Part shown: piece after piece, positions 16,718-26,306 of the stretch
Position numbering within the stretch: the stretch's first letter is position 1
Layout of the letters: each line of letters opens with the position of its first letter
DNA from: a virus
Taxonomy: Duplodnaviria > Caudoviricetes
Strand: one strand, 5' to 3'
Virus record (IMG/VR): IMGVR_UViG_3300014656_000036
Coordinates: 1 to 52,888 of that record
DNA: 52,888 nt
Made by a program: the position numbers and the translations under genes
The notes under the pieces: model-generated
Database searches by the model: none
The model's input: only the letters and a program-made list of their open reading frames with translations
Told to the model about the DNA's origin: nothing

Positions 16718-19606
16718 TTAGAACTCCTGTCCTGCAAAAGGAACACTTACTTCTGGTGGAATTTCCATTTTCATTTTCTTTAACAAGGTTATAAATTCTA
16801 TCGTCTTAACATAACCTCTACCCTGACGATAGACACAGTGCTTACGAACAAAGAGTGAGATAAGCTGCTGAGTATTGTCCCTGTCTAATTCACACCAATC
16901 TTGTAAATCATTAGGGGTTATTTCATCATTATGCAATAGCTGTTCAATTAAATCCTTTGGATGTTTGGTCTGCTTTATCCATTTGACAACCATTGGAGAA
17001 TCTGAAATGTTATTAGCAAACATCTGGGCTTTAGTGAAGTCAGAATATCCAAAGATATTACTGCTATACTGTTGATTCAACCAATCAACAATATATTCTA
17101 CGTGGCACTTTTTAACCTGTAGAATTTTTAGATTATCATTAGGAGTGCTAAATGTAATACCGGCTAAACTAATTGCAAGCCGTAAAAGTTTAAGTCGCAT
17201 TGTTCCTCTATCACAAAGAGGCATTATTTCTGTATAAGTATTGCAGAGCTGTGTCGCAGATTTTAGACATAGGTCTATGGCATCATCATCTATCCTTATT
17301 TGATTAACATCTCGAGTCCAAGTCCATAGCACTCTTTTCCGACAAATATCGTTAGTAAATTTATGCTCCACTGCTTTTCGCGAACTGCTTAATTTGTTAA
17401 TTTCATCTGCGTTCACTTGAGAAACGGCTAATATGACTGCAAAATCAAAACGGCGTATATCTTCAGGATTGCCGATAAGCTCTTTTATAACTTCTATTCC
17501 AAAATTGTATGCAGCGACTGGTCGGTTACTTCTTGGATTGCTTACCATAACAAGGCGAGTTCGTGCGTGAGCTCTACGTTTCTCAATCTTAGATATTTCT
17601 GCAACTCCTGATGAACGCATATCTGTAAGGCGACTGATTGTTTCTAAGGGGATACCTTTAACTTCTTCCATTATAACCAATCGCTTATCCTGCTGTGGTA
17701 TAACTCCCCAGCTAATGAACCAGCGAGTGCCGAGCTGTTCGCATCCACCAAGAAGTCCCGCAATAGAAGCATTCTTGCAGTCGTGGCGAATCCCTAAGCC
17801 ATAATGCTCCATTATTCGTAAACTTGCATCGCTCTTGCCCTGTGAAGAATCTCCGACAATCAAACAATTCATCCAGCCATTTTCTACTTTATTATCAAAT
17901 CTAAAATATAAGGCAGAGCAGAAAGCAAGGTCTAAGGCAAAGTGTAATTCTCTTCTGCGAAAAATTCTGGTAACATTAGTTTCAAAATCGTTATAAATTT
18001 CATTGAGCTTTTGTTCAATGCCCGTTTTGCTCCATTCTACCGGCCTGAAAATTTTCAAGCTCTCAAGTTCTTCATCCTTTGGTTGAAACATCGACAAGCT
18101 ATCTGCAAGTTCTTCAACCTCTCCAAAGATGAGAACTGCCTGCTGATTTCTTGGATGAGGAAACATTCTGCCGGTAAAAACATAAGCACAGTTAAGTTCT
18201 ACTTCATTCGCTACTATGTAAGCAGGTAAAATAACGTAGTCGCTATTATCCCCAGAAATTGTAAGCTGGGGAATTAGGCGAGCGTCTATGACGTTGTAAA
18301 ATTCCTTAACATTAAATTCCACTATCTTGCAGTCGGGCACTCGCAGGGCTGTTTTTATGGCTTGTTTTTGCATTTTCTTGGGAGCGTGAACCATCTCTAA
18401 TATACCCACAGAAGTTTTTGCCACAACCATTTCTACCTGCCCAGATTCTTCATCTGGGTCTTTGGCTCTAATCGGGCAATAGTGGCAATTCGGCTGGTCT
18501 TTAGTGCAGATAACATTTATTTTTGAGGGTATAACATAAGGAGTAGTATCTATAGCCGAAACAATAGCTTCACAGCTAATACGCCGACCAACATTTTCCG
18601 CAGCCGTAGAACCAGCTAATGTTACTGGCTTAATCTCAGAATCGAATCGGTCAGCGTCAGATATATCTTCTAAAACAAACCGTTCGGCTGTATCCATAAC
18701 TGCTTTGAATTCTGACTCTCCAGCTTTCTCGCCTCCAACCCAGTCGTTAATGTCACCCTTTGGATACTTTGTTTTATCTAAAGGCAAGTATATGATTCTA
18801 ATCGAAGCAGCTATAAACGCAAGCTGGGCTGCGACGCGTTTAGCTGCTACCTTACCGCCTGTGTCAATGTCCATACAAATAAAGACGTGCTTACCTTTGA
18901 AGTCGTCATTAAAACTTACATCCCAGCTACCTTCTCCGCCGGTTACAGAAGTCGCTCCTACATTTTGGATATTCAGAAATCGTTTAGCTACCAGAGCTTT
19001 CATTTCCCCGCCGCAAATCCAAACGACTGGGTATAAAGCTACCTGCTCTCTTTGATATAAAGCCAGAGCAGTGTAACCAGCCACGTTCCGCATCTTTTCC
19101 GGGCCAGGAGCTCCGGGCAAATACTTGCGAACATTTATTATTCTATGGCTCTTATCATAGACCGGAATTGTTATTCTTTTGCCGTCAAAACCCAGCCGAG
19201 CTTCTCGGATATCTTCATCTATAAGACCTCTTTTATATAATTCTTTTAGCAAGAAACCGGCGTTCCAAATCTGTTCGTGAAACTTCTCTACGACTTCAGG
19301 ATTTATGGTTCGTATTACTTTAAGGTCATATCGCTTGCTCAATTCTGCAAGCATTGTGTTCCGGTCACACTTATAAATATGACATAGCAGAGTCACGATG
19401 TCGCCCTTTGCTCCACAGCTTGCTGCTTTACACTGCCAGATGTTCTCTTCTATATTAAGAGAAACGCTCGGGCCGTGGTCATCGTGACAAGGACAGAGAC
19501 AGCGAACTTCGTTGCCTCCTCCCGGAGAATATTTCCATTCTGCTCTTACAAGTTCATTTAGAGCAGATATTTTCTTAATGTCTGTCCCAGTAGCTTTAAC
19601 AGTCAT
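16718..19606 (-). CDS. CHC2/TOPRIM primase fused to MCM-family AAA+ helicase
   Basis: CPCHDD..PS...WQCKAASCGAKGD, ICMDIDTGG; MCM-like LIVGDSSQGKS, ASIAGLLG, AEISK...ARTRLVMVSNP, IRRFD. Confidence 0.8.
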   Translation of the reverse strand: MTVKATGTDIKKISALNELVRAEWKYSPGGGNEVRCLCPCHDDHGPSVSLNIEENIWQCKAASCGAKGDIVTLLCHIYKCDRNTMLAELSKRYDLKVIRTINPEVVEKFHEQIWNAGFLLKELYKRGLIDEDIREARLGFDGKRITIPVYDKSHRIINVRKYLPGAPGPEKMRNVAGYTALALYQREQVALYPVVWICGGEMKALVAKRFLNIQNVGATSVTGGEGSWDVSFNDDFKGKHVFICMDIDTGGKVAAKRVAAQLAFIAASIRIIYLPLDKTKYPKGDINDWVGGEKAGESEFKAVMDTAERFVLEDISDADRFDSEIKPVTLAGSTAAENVGRRISCEAIVSAIDTTPYVIPSKINVICTKDQPNCHYCPIRAKDPDEESGQVEMVVAKTSVGILEMVHAPKKMQKQAIKTALRVPDCKIVEFNVKEFYNVIDARLIPQLTISGDNSDYVILPAYIVANEVELNCAYVFTGRMFPHPRNQQAVLIFGEVEELADSLSMFQPKDEELESLKIFRPVEWSKTGIEQKLNEIYNDFETNVTRIFRRRELHFALDLAFCSALYFRFDNKVENGWMNCLIVGDSSQGKSDASLRIMEHYGLGIRHDCKNASIAGLLGGCEQLGTRWFISWGVIPQQDKRLVIMEEVKGIPLETISRLTDMRSSGVAEISKIEKRRAHARTRLVMVSNPRSNRPVAAYNFGIEVIKELIGNPEDIRRFDFAVILAVSQVNADEINKLSSSRKAVEHKFTNDICRKRVLWTWTRDVNQIRIDDDAIDLCLKSATQLCNTYTEIMPLCDRGTMRLKLLRLAISLAGITFSTPNDNLKILQVKKCHVEYIVDWLNQQYSSNIFGYSDFTKAQMFANNISDSPMVVKWIKQTKHPKDLIEQLLHNDEITPNDLQDWCELDRDNTQQLISLFVRKHCVYRQGRGYVKTIEFITLLKKMKMEIPPEVSVPFAGQEF

Positions 19607-19624
19607 AATCGTCCTTGAAAAACT

Positions 19625-19661
19625 TTGAGCCGGTAAACTAATCCATTGTTCACCGGCTCAA
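19625..19661 (-). terminator. intrinsic terminator
   Basis: TTGAGCCGGT/ACCGGCTCAA stem followed by a T run on minus. Confidence 0.65.
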
Positions 19662-19677
19662 GCTCCAATCTCGCCGG

Positions 19678-20526
19678 TTAGAACTCCTTGCTATCCGCAG
19701 GAGTAGCTGCAACGTCCCTGTCCTGCTCATCAACCATAAGCCGATTCTTCTCTTGCAGTTCTTTTAGCTCCAGATGCAATTTGTGAAACTCCTCGACTTG
19801 CTCATCCTTGATAATTGAAATTTCTGGTGAAGCGAAATCGAATCCATACCATCTACGGTCTTTGGCTCTGTCTCTGAATCCCACTGAAAGAGACCAGATT
19901 TGAGCCCACAACGGCACTGGCACAATCCTTGTGCCTGAATCGGTTTGAACCGGCTGCCGTCTCAACTTGATTGCAGAAATGAAATTTTTGCCTTGTGTGA
20001 ATTCTCCTCTCTCGAATGAAAGCACAACCGGCGTTCCACTGAGAGGATGAATATCGCCGTAAATCTGTCCGTAGAACCGAAGATGTTCTACGTAGCGATA
20101 CTTCTGCTCAGAACCCAGCTTATAAGGTTCTATTCGTTTTTCTGGGTCGCGAGCTTTCTTTGCAAGTTCACTGGTCGGGTCGAAGGTTCGTTTAATAATT
20201 GTGTTGCTCTCACTGTCATTAGGGTCGGCCCACTGAGCAAACTCTACGACGAAAAGAGCAGGCACAAACGCAAACGCTTCATCATTTTTTCTCCACACCT
20301 CTGCATCACCGGGACGGATAATGGCAGTCCCTTCTCCAAACTTTTCTTTGAGAGCCGGGTCAGCCATCGCCTGAATAATTTTCAGGCGTGGTAGGATGCG
20401 ATACTCATCCATACCTGCCAGTGAAGCGTCTTGCTCTGTATATCTTACAAGAGCAGCCGACATCCCAGCCACTTTCTTCACTGGACTATTTGCTGGGTCA
20501 GTCCTATCTTTACTTTTTCCTGCCAT
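19678..20526 (-). CDS. putative ssDNA-binding/replication accessory protein
   Basis: ILPRLKIIQAM motif, aromatic beta-rich core, acidic tail ending in F; replication context. Confidence 0.5.
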   Translation of the reverse strand: MAGKSKDRTDPANSPVKKVAGMSAALVRYTEQDASLAGMDEYRILPRLKIIQAMADPALKEKFGEGTAIIRPGDAEVWRKNDEAFAFVPALFVVEFAQWADPNDSESNTIIKRTFDPTSELAKKARDPEKRIEPYKLGSEQKYRYVEHLRFYGQIYGDIHPLSGTPVVLSFERGEFTQGKNFISAIKLRRQPVQTDSGTRIVPVPLWAQIWSLSVGFRDRAKDRRWYGFDFASPEISIIKDEQVEEFHKLHLELKELQEKNRLMVDEQDRDVAATPADSKEF

Positions 20527-20560
20527 AGTTTGATACTCCTTTCATAATTAAATCATTCTA

Positions 20561-21091
20561 TTATTTAGACCGTCTTTTGAAAACGGTCACGTATTCTGGG
20601 AACGTCTCACCAAGACCGGGAGGCATCGGCTTGCCATCTTGTGCCTGTTTTGTTGCGAGGCCACTTACACCATCCCAATCTAATTTCAAAACACCTGCCT
20701 GAACTAATGTTTCAGGAATCCCAAAATGTTTTAGAACAGCCATATATTCATCCGTCCCTTTTGCCGGTAACTTTGCTCTTATCTTAACATCTGCTGTGCC
20801 TGTTGCCAATAAACCACGAACACAAGTTTCTGTAGAACCATTCAGAGAAGCTTGTGTAACATTGAAAGCTAAAATCTTACCGATAAGTTCCTTTCTGGCT
20901 TTGCAGTCCTTTCGCCAGTCATCAAAAAGATTCTCAAGTTCTCGGAGCAAGTAGCCGATATCACACATCTTCTCGTCTTTAAGTTTGCCACTACGAATAT
21001 CTTTTGTTATCACTAACAGATATTCAAGAAATTTGCTGTGCAGTATGCTGACCTCTTCAGATAATTCTTGCAGTTCTTGTAGTGAATCCAT
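20561..21091 (-). CDS. hypothetical phage replication-module protein
   Basis: ORF coupled to neighbours, RBS present. Confidence 0.65.
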   Translation of the reverse strand: MDSLQELQELSEEVSILHSKFLEYLLVITKDIRSGKLKDEKMCDIGYLLRELENLFDDWRKDCKARKELIGKILAFNVTQASLNGSTETCVRGLLATGTADVKIRAKLPAKGTDEYMAVLKHFGIPETLVQAGVLKLDWDGVSGLATKQAQDGKPMPPGLGETFPEYVTVFKRRSK

Positions 21092-21273
21092 TACTTCCTC
21101 CTTGCTAAAGTTAAGATTATGCCAGAAAAGCCAAAAGAGAGAATTAGGATGACGATGAGAATTAAGTTGACAGGAACATTATACAAAAACAAATATTGGA
21201 CTTGTCTAATTACCAAGGATGCAAACACTACACCCGCAGCGAACAATATCGCTGCAATTCCCTTCGCAGCCAT
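21091..21273 (-). CDS. small two-TM membrane protein
   Basis: Two hydrophobic segments and a basic C-terminus; GGAGG RBS. Confidence 0.65.
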   Translation of the reverse strand: MAAKGIAAILFAAGVVFASLVIRQVQYLFLYNVPVNLILIVILILSFGFSGIILTLARRK

Positions 21274-21288
21274 TTTAGCCTCCAGCTA

Positions 21289-21597
21289 TTATATTTCTAT
21301 GACGCGTTCTCGGTATTCAGTTTCTTTTGCGTCAAACATTAAAACTTTTACAGAGCCGTGGAGCTTAATTGCCACGGCCAAAAAGATGCAGATAATTGAG
21401 AACACACCTGTAAGACAGATGTAATCTGTATCTCTATTGAAATGTTCTTTGTGCAAACCTGCCTTAAATAAATTAACTAAATCGCCAGTGTTGAACGGAT
21501 TCATTGGTGTAGAGGATAAGAATACTATTTGTCCAAACTTCCTTGCAGGAGCAAGGTCAAATTTACTATTCTTTTCTGCTAAGAAAATCCGTGCCAT
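21289..21597 (-). CDS. hypothetical protein
   Basis: Coupled ORF in the operon. Confidence 0.65.
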   Translation of the reverse strand: MARIFLAEKNSKFDLAPARKFGQIVFLSSTPMNPFNTGDLVNLFKAGLHKEHFNRDTDYICLTGVFSIICIFLAVAIKLHGSVKVLMFDAKETEYRERVIEI

Positions 21598-21896
21598 TAC
21601 AATCCCTTATTCCTTTCTATCCATTGACGAACATCAAGCTTAATTTTGAAGTCCTTTCCTTGTGGCAGTCGTGCTATAATATCTGTCTTAAACCATTGAT
21701 GAAGCTGCAAAGCTAAATCTTCTTGAGTGAATTCAAGCAGAATAGCTAATGCAAGTTGAGCAGGCCCAGAGCCAGAATATCCCCAGCTAAATCCATCAGG
21801 GCTGTGATTGTAGACGCGTTGACTCTGTTCTGGAAGAAGTAGTTCACCGTCTACAAACACTTGTAAAGGCTCAATTGTTCCGTGAATTATTATCAT
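21597..21896 (-). CDS. DUF6166-like protein
   Basis: HSPDGFSWGYSGSGPAQLALAIL signature. Confidence 0.75.
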   Translation of the reverse strand: MIIIHGTIEPLQVFVDGELLLPEQSQRVYNHSPDGFSWGYSGSGPAQLALAILLEFTQEDLALQLHQWFKTDIIARLPQGKDFKIKLDVRQWIERNKGL

Positions 21897-22056
21897 TTAT
21901 TTGTAACCTTATACGAATCCTTGCTTCTATGATTTCATAATACAACTTACTCTTGAGAAAGCCCTTTTCATAAAGTTTAGTTATGTCACTAACATCCACA
22001 CCTAAAATTCTTGCTCCTTCCTTGAGATATTCTATGGTCTCAAGCGTAACCATCAA
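21871..22056 (-). CDS. small hypothetical protein
   Basis: Fills the gap between coupled genes. Confidence 0.5.
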   Translation of the reverse strand: MMVTLETIEYLKEGARILGVDVSDITKLYEKGFLKSKLYYEIIEARIRIRLQINDNNSRNN

Positions 22057-22387
22057 TCATTTCTTTCAATAAATGCCTATGACAATGCAGGTTACTTTCA
22101 CCTTCCCAACAAAGTAAAGTCACAGTTTGCGTCTTAGATAATTCTGCAAGACGTTTAATACTCGCTCGACTTGCGGGTTTAAGCATTTCTTCTCTAAATC
22201 TTATAACATACTGCTCCCACTGAATTTCGTTATGCTTCCAATCAAAGAGCAGGGATTTGCTTGGAGCAAGAGTTAGCCACTGGTCTTCATAGTTCTTTGG
22301 CTTATTTCCCGGAAAGGTTCGGGCCACAAGAATGCGAAGGCCGTCATCAGGAGAAGCAGGTTCAAATATAGATTTCGTTTTAATCAT
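22040..22387 (-). CDS. DUF488-family protein
   Basis: DDGLRILVAR..P, LAPSKSL, TLLCWE...CHRHLL. Confidence 0.8.
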   Translation of the reverse strand: MIKTKSIFEPASPDDGLRILVARTFPGNKPKNYEDQWLTLAPSKSLLFDWKHNEIQWEQYVIRFREEMLKPASRASIKRLAELSKTQTVTLLCWEGESNLHCHRHLLKEMIDGYA

Positions 22388-24492
22388 TGTCCATTCTCCA
22401 CAGATACTTCTCTGCCAAGAATGCGTTTAAGCATATTCCTAACGTCCTGAATTTGCAGAGCCATTATCTTCTTTTGCAGCACTCTGGCTCTTATATCCTC
22501 ATCAATAGTCCCCGGCACTACTATATCTGTAATTCTCACTGGAAATCTTGTGCCGCGTCTATGAGCTCGGTCTTCACTTTGTGACCTCTGAACAGCAGAC
22601 CAATTACAGGAAACATAAATCTCGTGGCCACAAAACGTTTTATAATTATCAGGATTACGAACATCGTATCCTAAAAAATTCTGGCCTGTGCCTCCAGACG
22701 CTGGATTAGCAATAAGGACTTTCACATTCTTATCTTTGTTGAAAACTTCCTCGGCGATGTCAGCACCTTTGACGCGATACTGTTCTTGCACGACGCCGTG
22801 ATAGCCAACGTGCTTTATCCCTTCCTTCGCAAGTGCTTCACTCAATACTCTTATGTCTTCAACAAAGCAGGCCCAGACGATAGTTTTGCAATTAGAATCT
22901 TTTTCTGGGTCTTTAATTAAATCCAAAACAGCTTTTACTTTTGGATTCTCTCCGGGAATTTGTTCTACCTTACCCTCCTCAAGTTCTTCTGTTTCATCAT
23001 TGAATTTCACATCCCACTTAACGTGACCAGAAGTTATTTGTGCCAATCGAAGCAGCATTGTCAATATATGGTCAACTGTCATTGTCTTAGTTTCATCTGC
23101 AAGATTCTCTTCTATCTCAATTGCAAGTTCATCGGCCATCTTACGATACCATTCCGCTTGCAGATGGGACATCGCTACTTCATAAATATCATAAACTTTC
23201 GCAGGCAGGTCAAGTGCCTCTTCTTTGCGTATCATAAAAGCTATACGACTGAGACGTTCTTGTATTAACGGCACTCCCTTAACACCGATTAACTTTTGGA
23301 CAGCCGACCCGCCGATTTCTACGAACCTACCGTGAAAGGAGCGGAAATTTTTGAATGATAAGAAGCCACTTAATCCCTCGCCAAGAAATTCAAACTGAGA
23401 CCATAAATCCATAACAGAATTCGCCACCGGCGTTCCTGTAAGAATCATTCGAGAACGAACATTCGGCCCATTGAATTTCTTTATAGCTTTGAAACGCAAA
23501 GTTCCGCTTTGCTTTATGTAGTGACTTTCATCTAATACTATTAAGTCCCACGGAATACGCCGCAAAGCTTCATAAGTGGAAGCCACAGAATCAGTAGAAA
23601 CTATGCAGGCACTCCATTCACAATCAGCTTCCTTGCGAACGCCATCTATAAGGCAGTGTATTCTATTGATTGCACTTCCACGCAGAACTGTTACTTTTCC
23701 GGGACGAACAGAAAATCTTTCAAATTCTGCTTCCCAGTTTCTTCTCACCTGTTGTGGACAAATAATTAAAGCACGATACATATCTGCTTTGCAGCCCAGA
23801 AGCTGTCCTTCTCGTTTCCTTCTGCCTTCAAGATTGATACGTGCAATAACTATGGGAGTTTTCCCAGTTCCCTGCTCCATAAATAAAGCAGCCGCCTCTT
23901 TATCTAAGGTAATCATAAGAGCTACCTTTTGATAATTGGTGAGAGGCAAATCTGGATGCTCCTGATAATCACTCGGCATCTCAGGAACTTGTTTATCAAC
24001 TTTGAACCGAGCTGCAATTATAGCGGATTTTGTTTGTGAAAAGAATCTCTTGAGGAGAAATTCAAACATTAACTTTGCTTCATTAGATTTCCAAACAAAT
24101 TTATCATACGGCCAAGAATGCCTCATCACTATTGCAGAGAAATCCGTGCCTGCAATTTTCCACCGTCCACAAGAAACTTGTTTCTTTTCAGGGACGCGAT
24201 TCAGCCAGCGACCAGCATCCCAACTCGGCGTTCTGCTATCACGAACATATTCTTTTTCATTGTAGGTTATGACAGAAACATTTTCTTTAAGCTCTTCATT
24301 ATCTATCTTTGGTCGATATGTAGCAGGTTCAACGATGAAAGCTCTCATCTCTGAATCTACATCTATTTCTAGAAAATCATTTGCGAAGAGCTGTAAAGGT
24401 TTCAAAATCTGGCCCGTCGCATAACAAAGAGGTTCAAGAACTGGCAATAAGCTCGGCTCGTTTTCTATCATTATCATAAAACCTTCTATCAC
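22384..24492 (-). CDS. SNF2-family helicase
   Basis: MEQGTGKT, LDESHYIK, LTGTPVAN..DLWSQF, QSEDRAHRRG. Confidence 0.92.
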   Translation of the reverse strand: MIEGFMIMIENEPSLLPVLEPLCYATGQILKPLQLFANDFLEIDVDSEMRAFIVEPATYRPKIDNEELKENVSVITYNEKEYVRDSRTPSWDAGRWLNRVPEKKQVSCGRWKIAGTDFSAIVMRHSWPYDKFVWKSNEAKLMFEFLLKRFFSQTKSAIIAARFKVDKQVPEMPSDYQEHPDLPLTNYQKVALMITLDKEAAALFMEQGTGKTPIVIARINLEGRRKREGQLLGCKADMYRALIICPQQVRRNWEAEFERFSVRPGKVTVLRGSAINRIHCLIDGVRKEADCEWSACIVSTDSVASTYEALRRIPWDLIVLDESHYIKQSGTLRFKAIKKFNGPNVRSRMILTGTPVANSVMDLWSQFEFLGEGLSGFLSFKNFRSFHGRFVEIGGSAVQKLIGVKGVPLIQERLSRIAFMIRKEEALDLPAKVYDIYEVAMSHLQAEWYRKMADELAIEIEENLADETKTMTVDHILTMLLRLAQITSGHVKWDVKFNDETEELEEGKVEQIPGENPKVKAVLDLIKDPEKDSNCKTIVWACFVEDIRVLSEALAKEGIKHVGYHGVVQEQYRVKGADIAEEVFNKDKNVKVLIANPASGGTGQNFLGYDVRNPDNYKTFCGHEIYVSCNWSAVQRSQSEDRAHRRGTRFPVRITDIVVPGTIDEDIRARVLQKKIMALQIQDVRNMLKRILGREVSVENGQ

Positions 24493-24500
24493 TATTTTGC

Positions 24501-24528
24501 ATTATATAATACTATAAGTAGATTGCAA
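24501..24528 (-). promoter_or_regulatory. sigma70-type promoter for the SNF2 operon
   Basis: TTGCAA-16 bp-TATAAT. Confidence 0.55.
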
Positions 24529-24565
24529 TTATATTCCACCCCTCCAACCAGTTACTAAAAACATA

Positions 24566-24595
24566 ACGAGGCGAGCGAGAGTAAACTCGCCTCGT
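24566..24595 (-). terminator. intrinsic terminator
   Basis: ACGAGGCGAG/CTCGCCTCGT stem then TATGTTTTT on minus. Confidence 0.7.
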
Positions 24596-24620
24596 CAGTC
24601 TTGGGAGAGAGGAGAAGAGT

Positions 24621-25034
24621 TTATCTACGATGTCTCCTTCGCTGTTTAACAAGCTTCATCTTATTGAAAGGAGGCATAGTTTCTGTAGGTAATGTTTCTT
24701 TACATTCTTGCAGTAAAGAAACTGTAACAGTCCACTGAGTCGGTCGCCATCTTGAAGGAAATTCAAACCTCTTTTGGTCTTCTTCGCTGCAGAATTCCCT
24801 GCCAGTGGCTTGTCGCAAAGTTATATTAGTGATTAGTATGTGATGCAAACGATGAGTCTTGCTGCTGATAAAACTGGCACAACTACCGACAGGAAATTTT
24901 TCACAAATCTTGAGATTCTGTTCGCTAATCTTATAGCGAATAACTCCTACGATGTAATTGTTTATTTTGTAGAGCTGTGATAGAGGAAGGTTATCTATCA
25001 CTTGCAGAAAATCTTTGGTAGTTATTTCCGACAT
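24621..25034 (-). CDS. hypothetical protein (own promoter and terminator)
   Basis: AAAGGA RBS; 137 aa with basic C-terminus. Confidence 0.7.
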   Translation of the reverse strand: MSEITTKDFLQVIDNLPLSQLYKINNYIVGVIRYKISEQNLKICEKFPVGSCASFISSKTHRLHHILITNITLRQATGREFCSEEDQKRFEFPSRWRPTQWTVTVSLLQECKETLPTETMPPFNKMKLVKQRRRHRR

Positions 25035-25204
25035 TAGTTATCCTTTCTATCTCTATAATTGCAATCCAACCATTCGACTCATCGCTGGGTTAGAGCGATT
25101 GTTATCCGCTTCGTAGCAGATAAAGAGGGAGAACGAATGGCTGGAAGTATAATCTTTAATGAATGAATGATTCTATCACTATTCTCACCTAACAAACCAA
25201 CTAC

Positions 25205-25232
25205 ATTATACACCTTTAACGGCATAATGCAA
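25205..25232 (-). promoter_or_regulatory. sigma70-type promoter
   Basis: TTGCAT-16 bp-TATAAT; upstream AT tract resembles that of the 12870 promoter. Confidence 0.65.
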
Positions 25233-25332
25233 GCGAAAACTTAAAATTTTATTAAAATTTTTACAATAAATTTTTAACAGCCATTTTCACCCTCGTTTTT
25301 CCTTCTAAAACGCCGCTTTTTGGCTCGTTCCT

Positions 25333-25351
25333 TCGTATAAGCGACAAACGA
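25333..25351 (+). repeat. 19-bp motif copy 3
   Basis: TCGTATAAGCGACAAACGA, followed 13 bp later by CAATTACACTAA as in copy 1. Confidence 0.85.
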
Positions 25352-25552
25352 TATACAGGCAATGCAATTACACTAATTATGAGCCAAAAGTCATTCTGAC
25401 GAAGGTTTAGGAAGGAATTTTTAGGCCAAAAATGCCGGTTTAAGTGCCAATCCCAATTTTAGGTTAAAAACGCAGCTATGGCCGGTAACTGCGTTAATAT
25501 ATGCCATTGCCAAATAGGTTAGTAACTGGTAAGTATTATTCGTGGAATTTAT

Positions 25553-25581
25553 TTGTTGTTTCTTTCTATGAATTGTATAAT
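25553..25581 (+). promoter_or_regulatory. sigma70-type promoter of the plus-strand island
   Basis: TTGTTG-17 bp-TATAAT upstream of four RBS-led plus-strand ORFs. Confidence 0.55.
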
Positions 25582-25647
25582 ATAAGTAACAAAGCAAGTA
25601 AATTGAAAAGTGAATAAAAGCCACAAATAAAGATAAGGAGAAAACCA

Positions 25648-25791
25648 ATGATTATGAACGGCAAGCAATACAACACAAGTGAAGAGGGAAGCACAATATG
25701 GATTCTTATCGCATCGTGGGTCGTAATCACAATAGTAATGGGTTTAGAGTATCTCATAATTTTAGGAGTAGAAAAATGGATACTGCAATAG
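25648..25791 (+). CDS. small membrane protein, 47 aa (not in ORF track)
   Basis: AAGGAG RBS; MIMNGKQYNTSEEGSTIWILIASWVVITIVMGLEYLIILGVEKWILQ. Confidence 0.65.
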   Translation: MIMNGKQYNTSEEGSTIWILIASWVVITIVMGLEYLIILGVEKWILQ

Positions 25792-25871
25792 TGTATGGAA
25801 TAGTGAGTTTCGTGGGAATGGTAATTCTAATGGTCACAACATTATGCTTAATAACAGGTAAGGAGGAATAA
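25776..25871 (+). CDS. single-TM micropeptide, 31 aa (not in ORF track)
   Basis: AGGAG RBS; MDTAIVYGIVSFVGMVILMVTTLCLITGKEE. Confidence 0.6.
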   Translation: MDTAIVYGIVSFVGMVILMVTTLCLITGKEE

Positions 25872-25873
25872 CA

Positions 25874-26047
25874 ATGTTAGCACCGGAAATAAGAATTAAG
25901 GTTCGTAGCAGTTCTGACGCCCGTCGCAAATATGTCGTAACAAAGTATCCGCACAATAAATGGAAGTGTAGCTGCAAAGGATGGACACTACATAGTCCTC
26001 GCAGAGATTGCAGGCACATCAAGCACGTTAAACGTATAGCTGCTTAA
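25874..26047 (+). CDS. SWIM zinc-finger protein, 57 aa (not in ORF track)
   Basis: AAGGAGG RBS; ...WKCSCKGWTLHSPRRDCRHIK (CxC-x11-CxH). Confidence 0.8.
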   Translation: MLAPEIRIKVRSSSDARRKYVVTKYPHNKWKCSCKGWTLHSPRRDCRHIKHVKRIAA

Positions 26048-26127
26048 CTGCTTTCTCTGTCGCTCTGAAAGGCATCAGGGCGAATCGTAAGCAGTTAAAC
26101 AAATTAAGGTTCAGGAAGGAGATTCTA

Positions 26128-26289
26128 ATGAAAAGAATAGCTTTAGTAGCACTATTGGCTCTGCTCGTCGCAGGTGTTAGTGGCTGTCGCTGCATAGCAC
26201 AAGGAGTCAACGGTCTGGGTAAGGACTTCCAAGCGTGGACACAGCCCTACATCGAGGAGCAAAAAACCCAGCACTACGCACAAGAGTAA
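26128..26289 (+). CDS. entericidin-like small lipoprotein, 53 aa (not in ORF track)
   Basis: AAGGAG RBS; MKRIALVALLALLVAGVSG|C lipobox then GVNGLGKDFQ. Confidence 0.75.
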   Translation: MKRIALVALLALLVAGVSGCRCIAQGVNGLGKDFQAWTQPYIEEQKTQHYAQE

Positions 26290-26306
26290 GAAGTAAACAG
26301 TTTATT

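Noticed and set aside
25421-26210. Minus-strand track ORFs 25421..25648, 25566..25757, 25834..26022 and 26028..26210
   Set aside because: They overlap promoters or the RBS-led plus-strand micro-genes and show no motifs.
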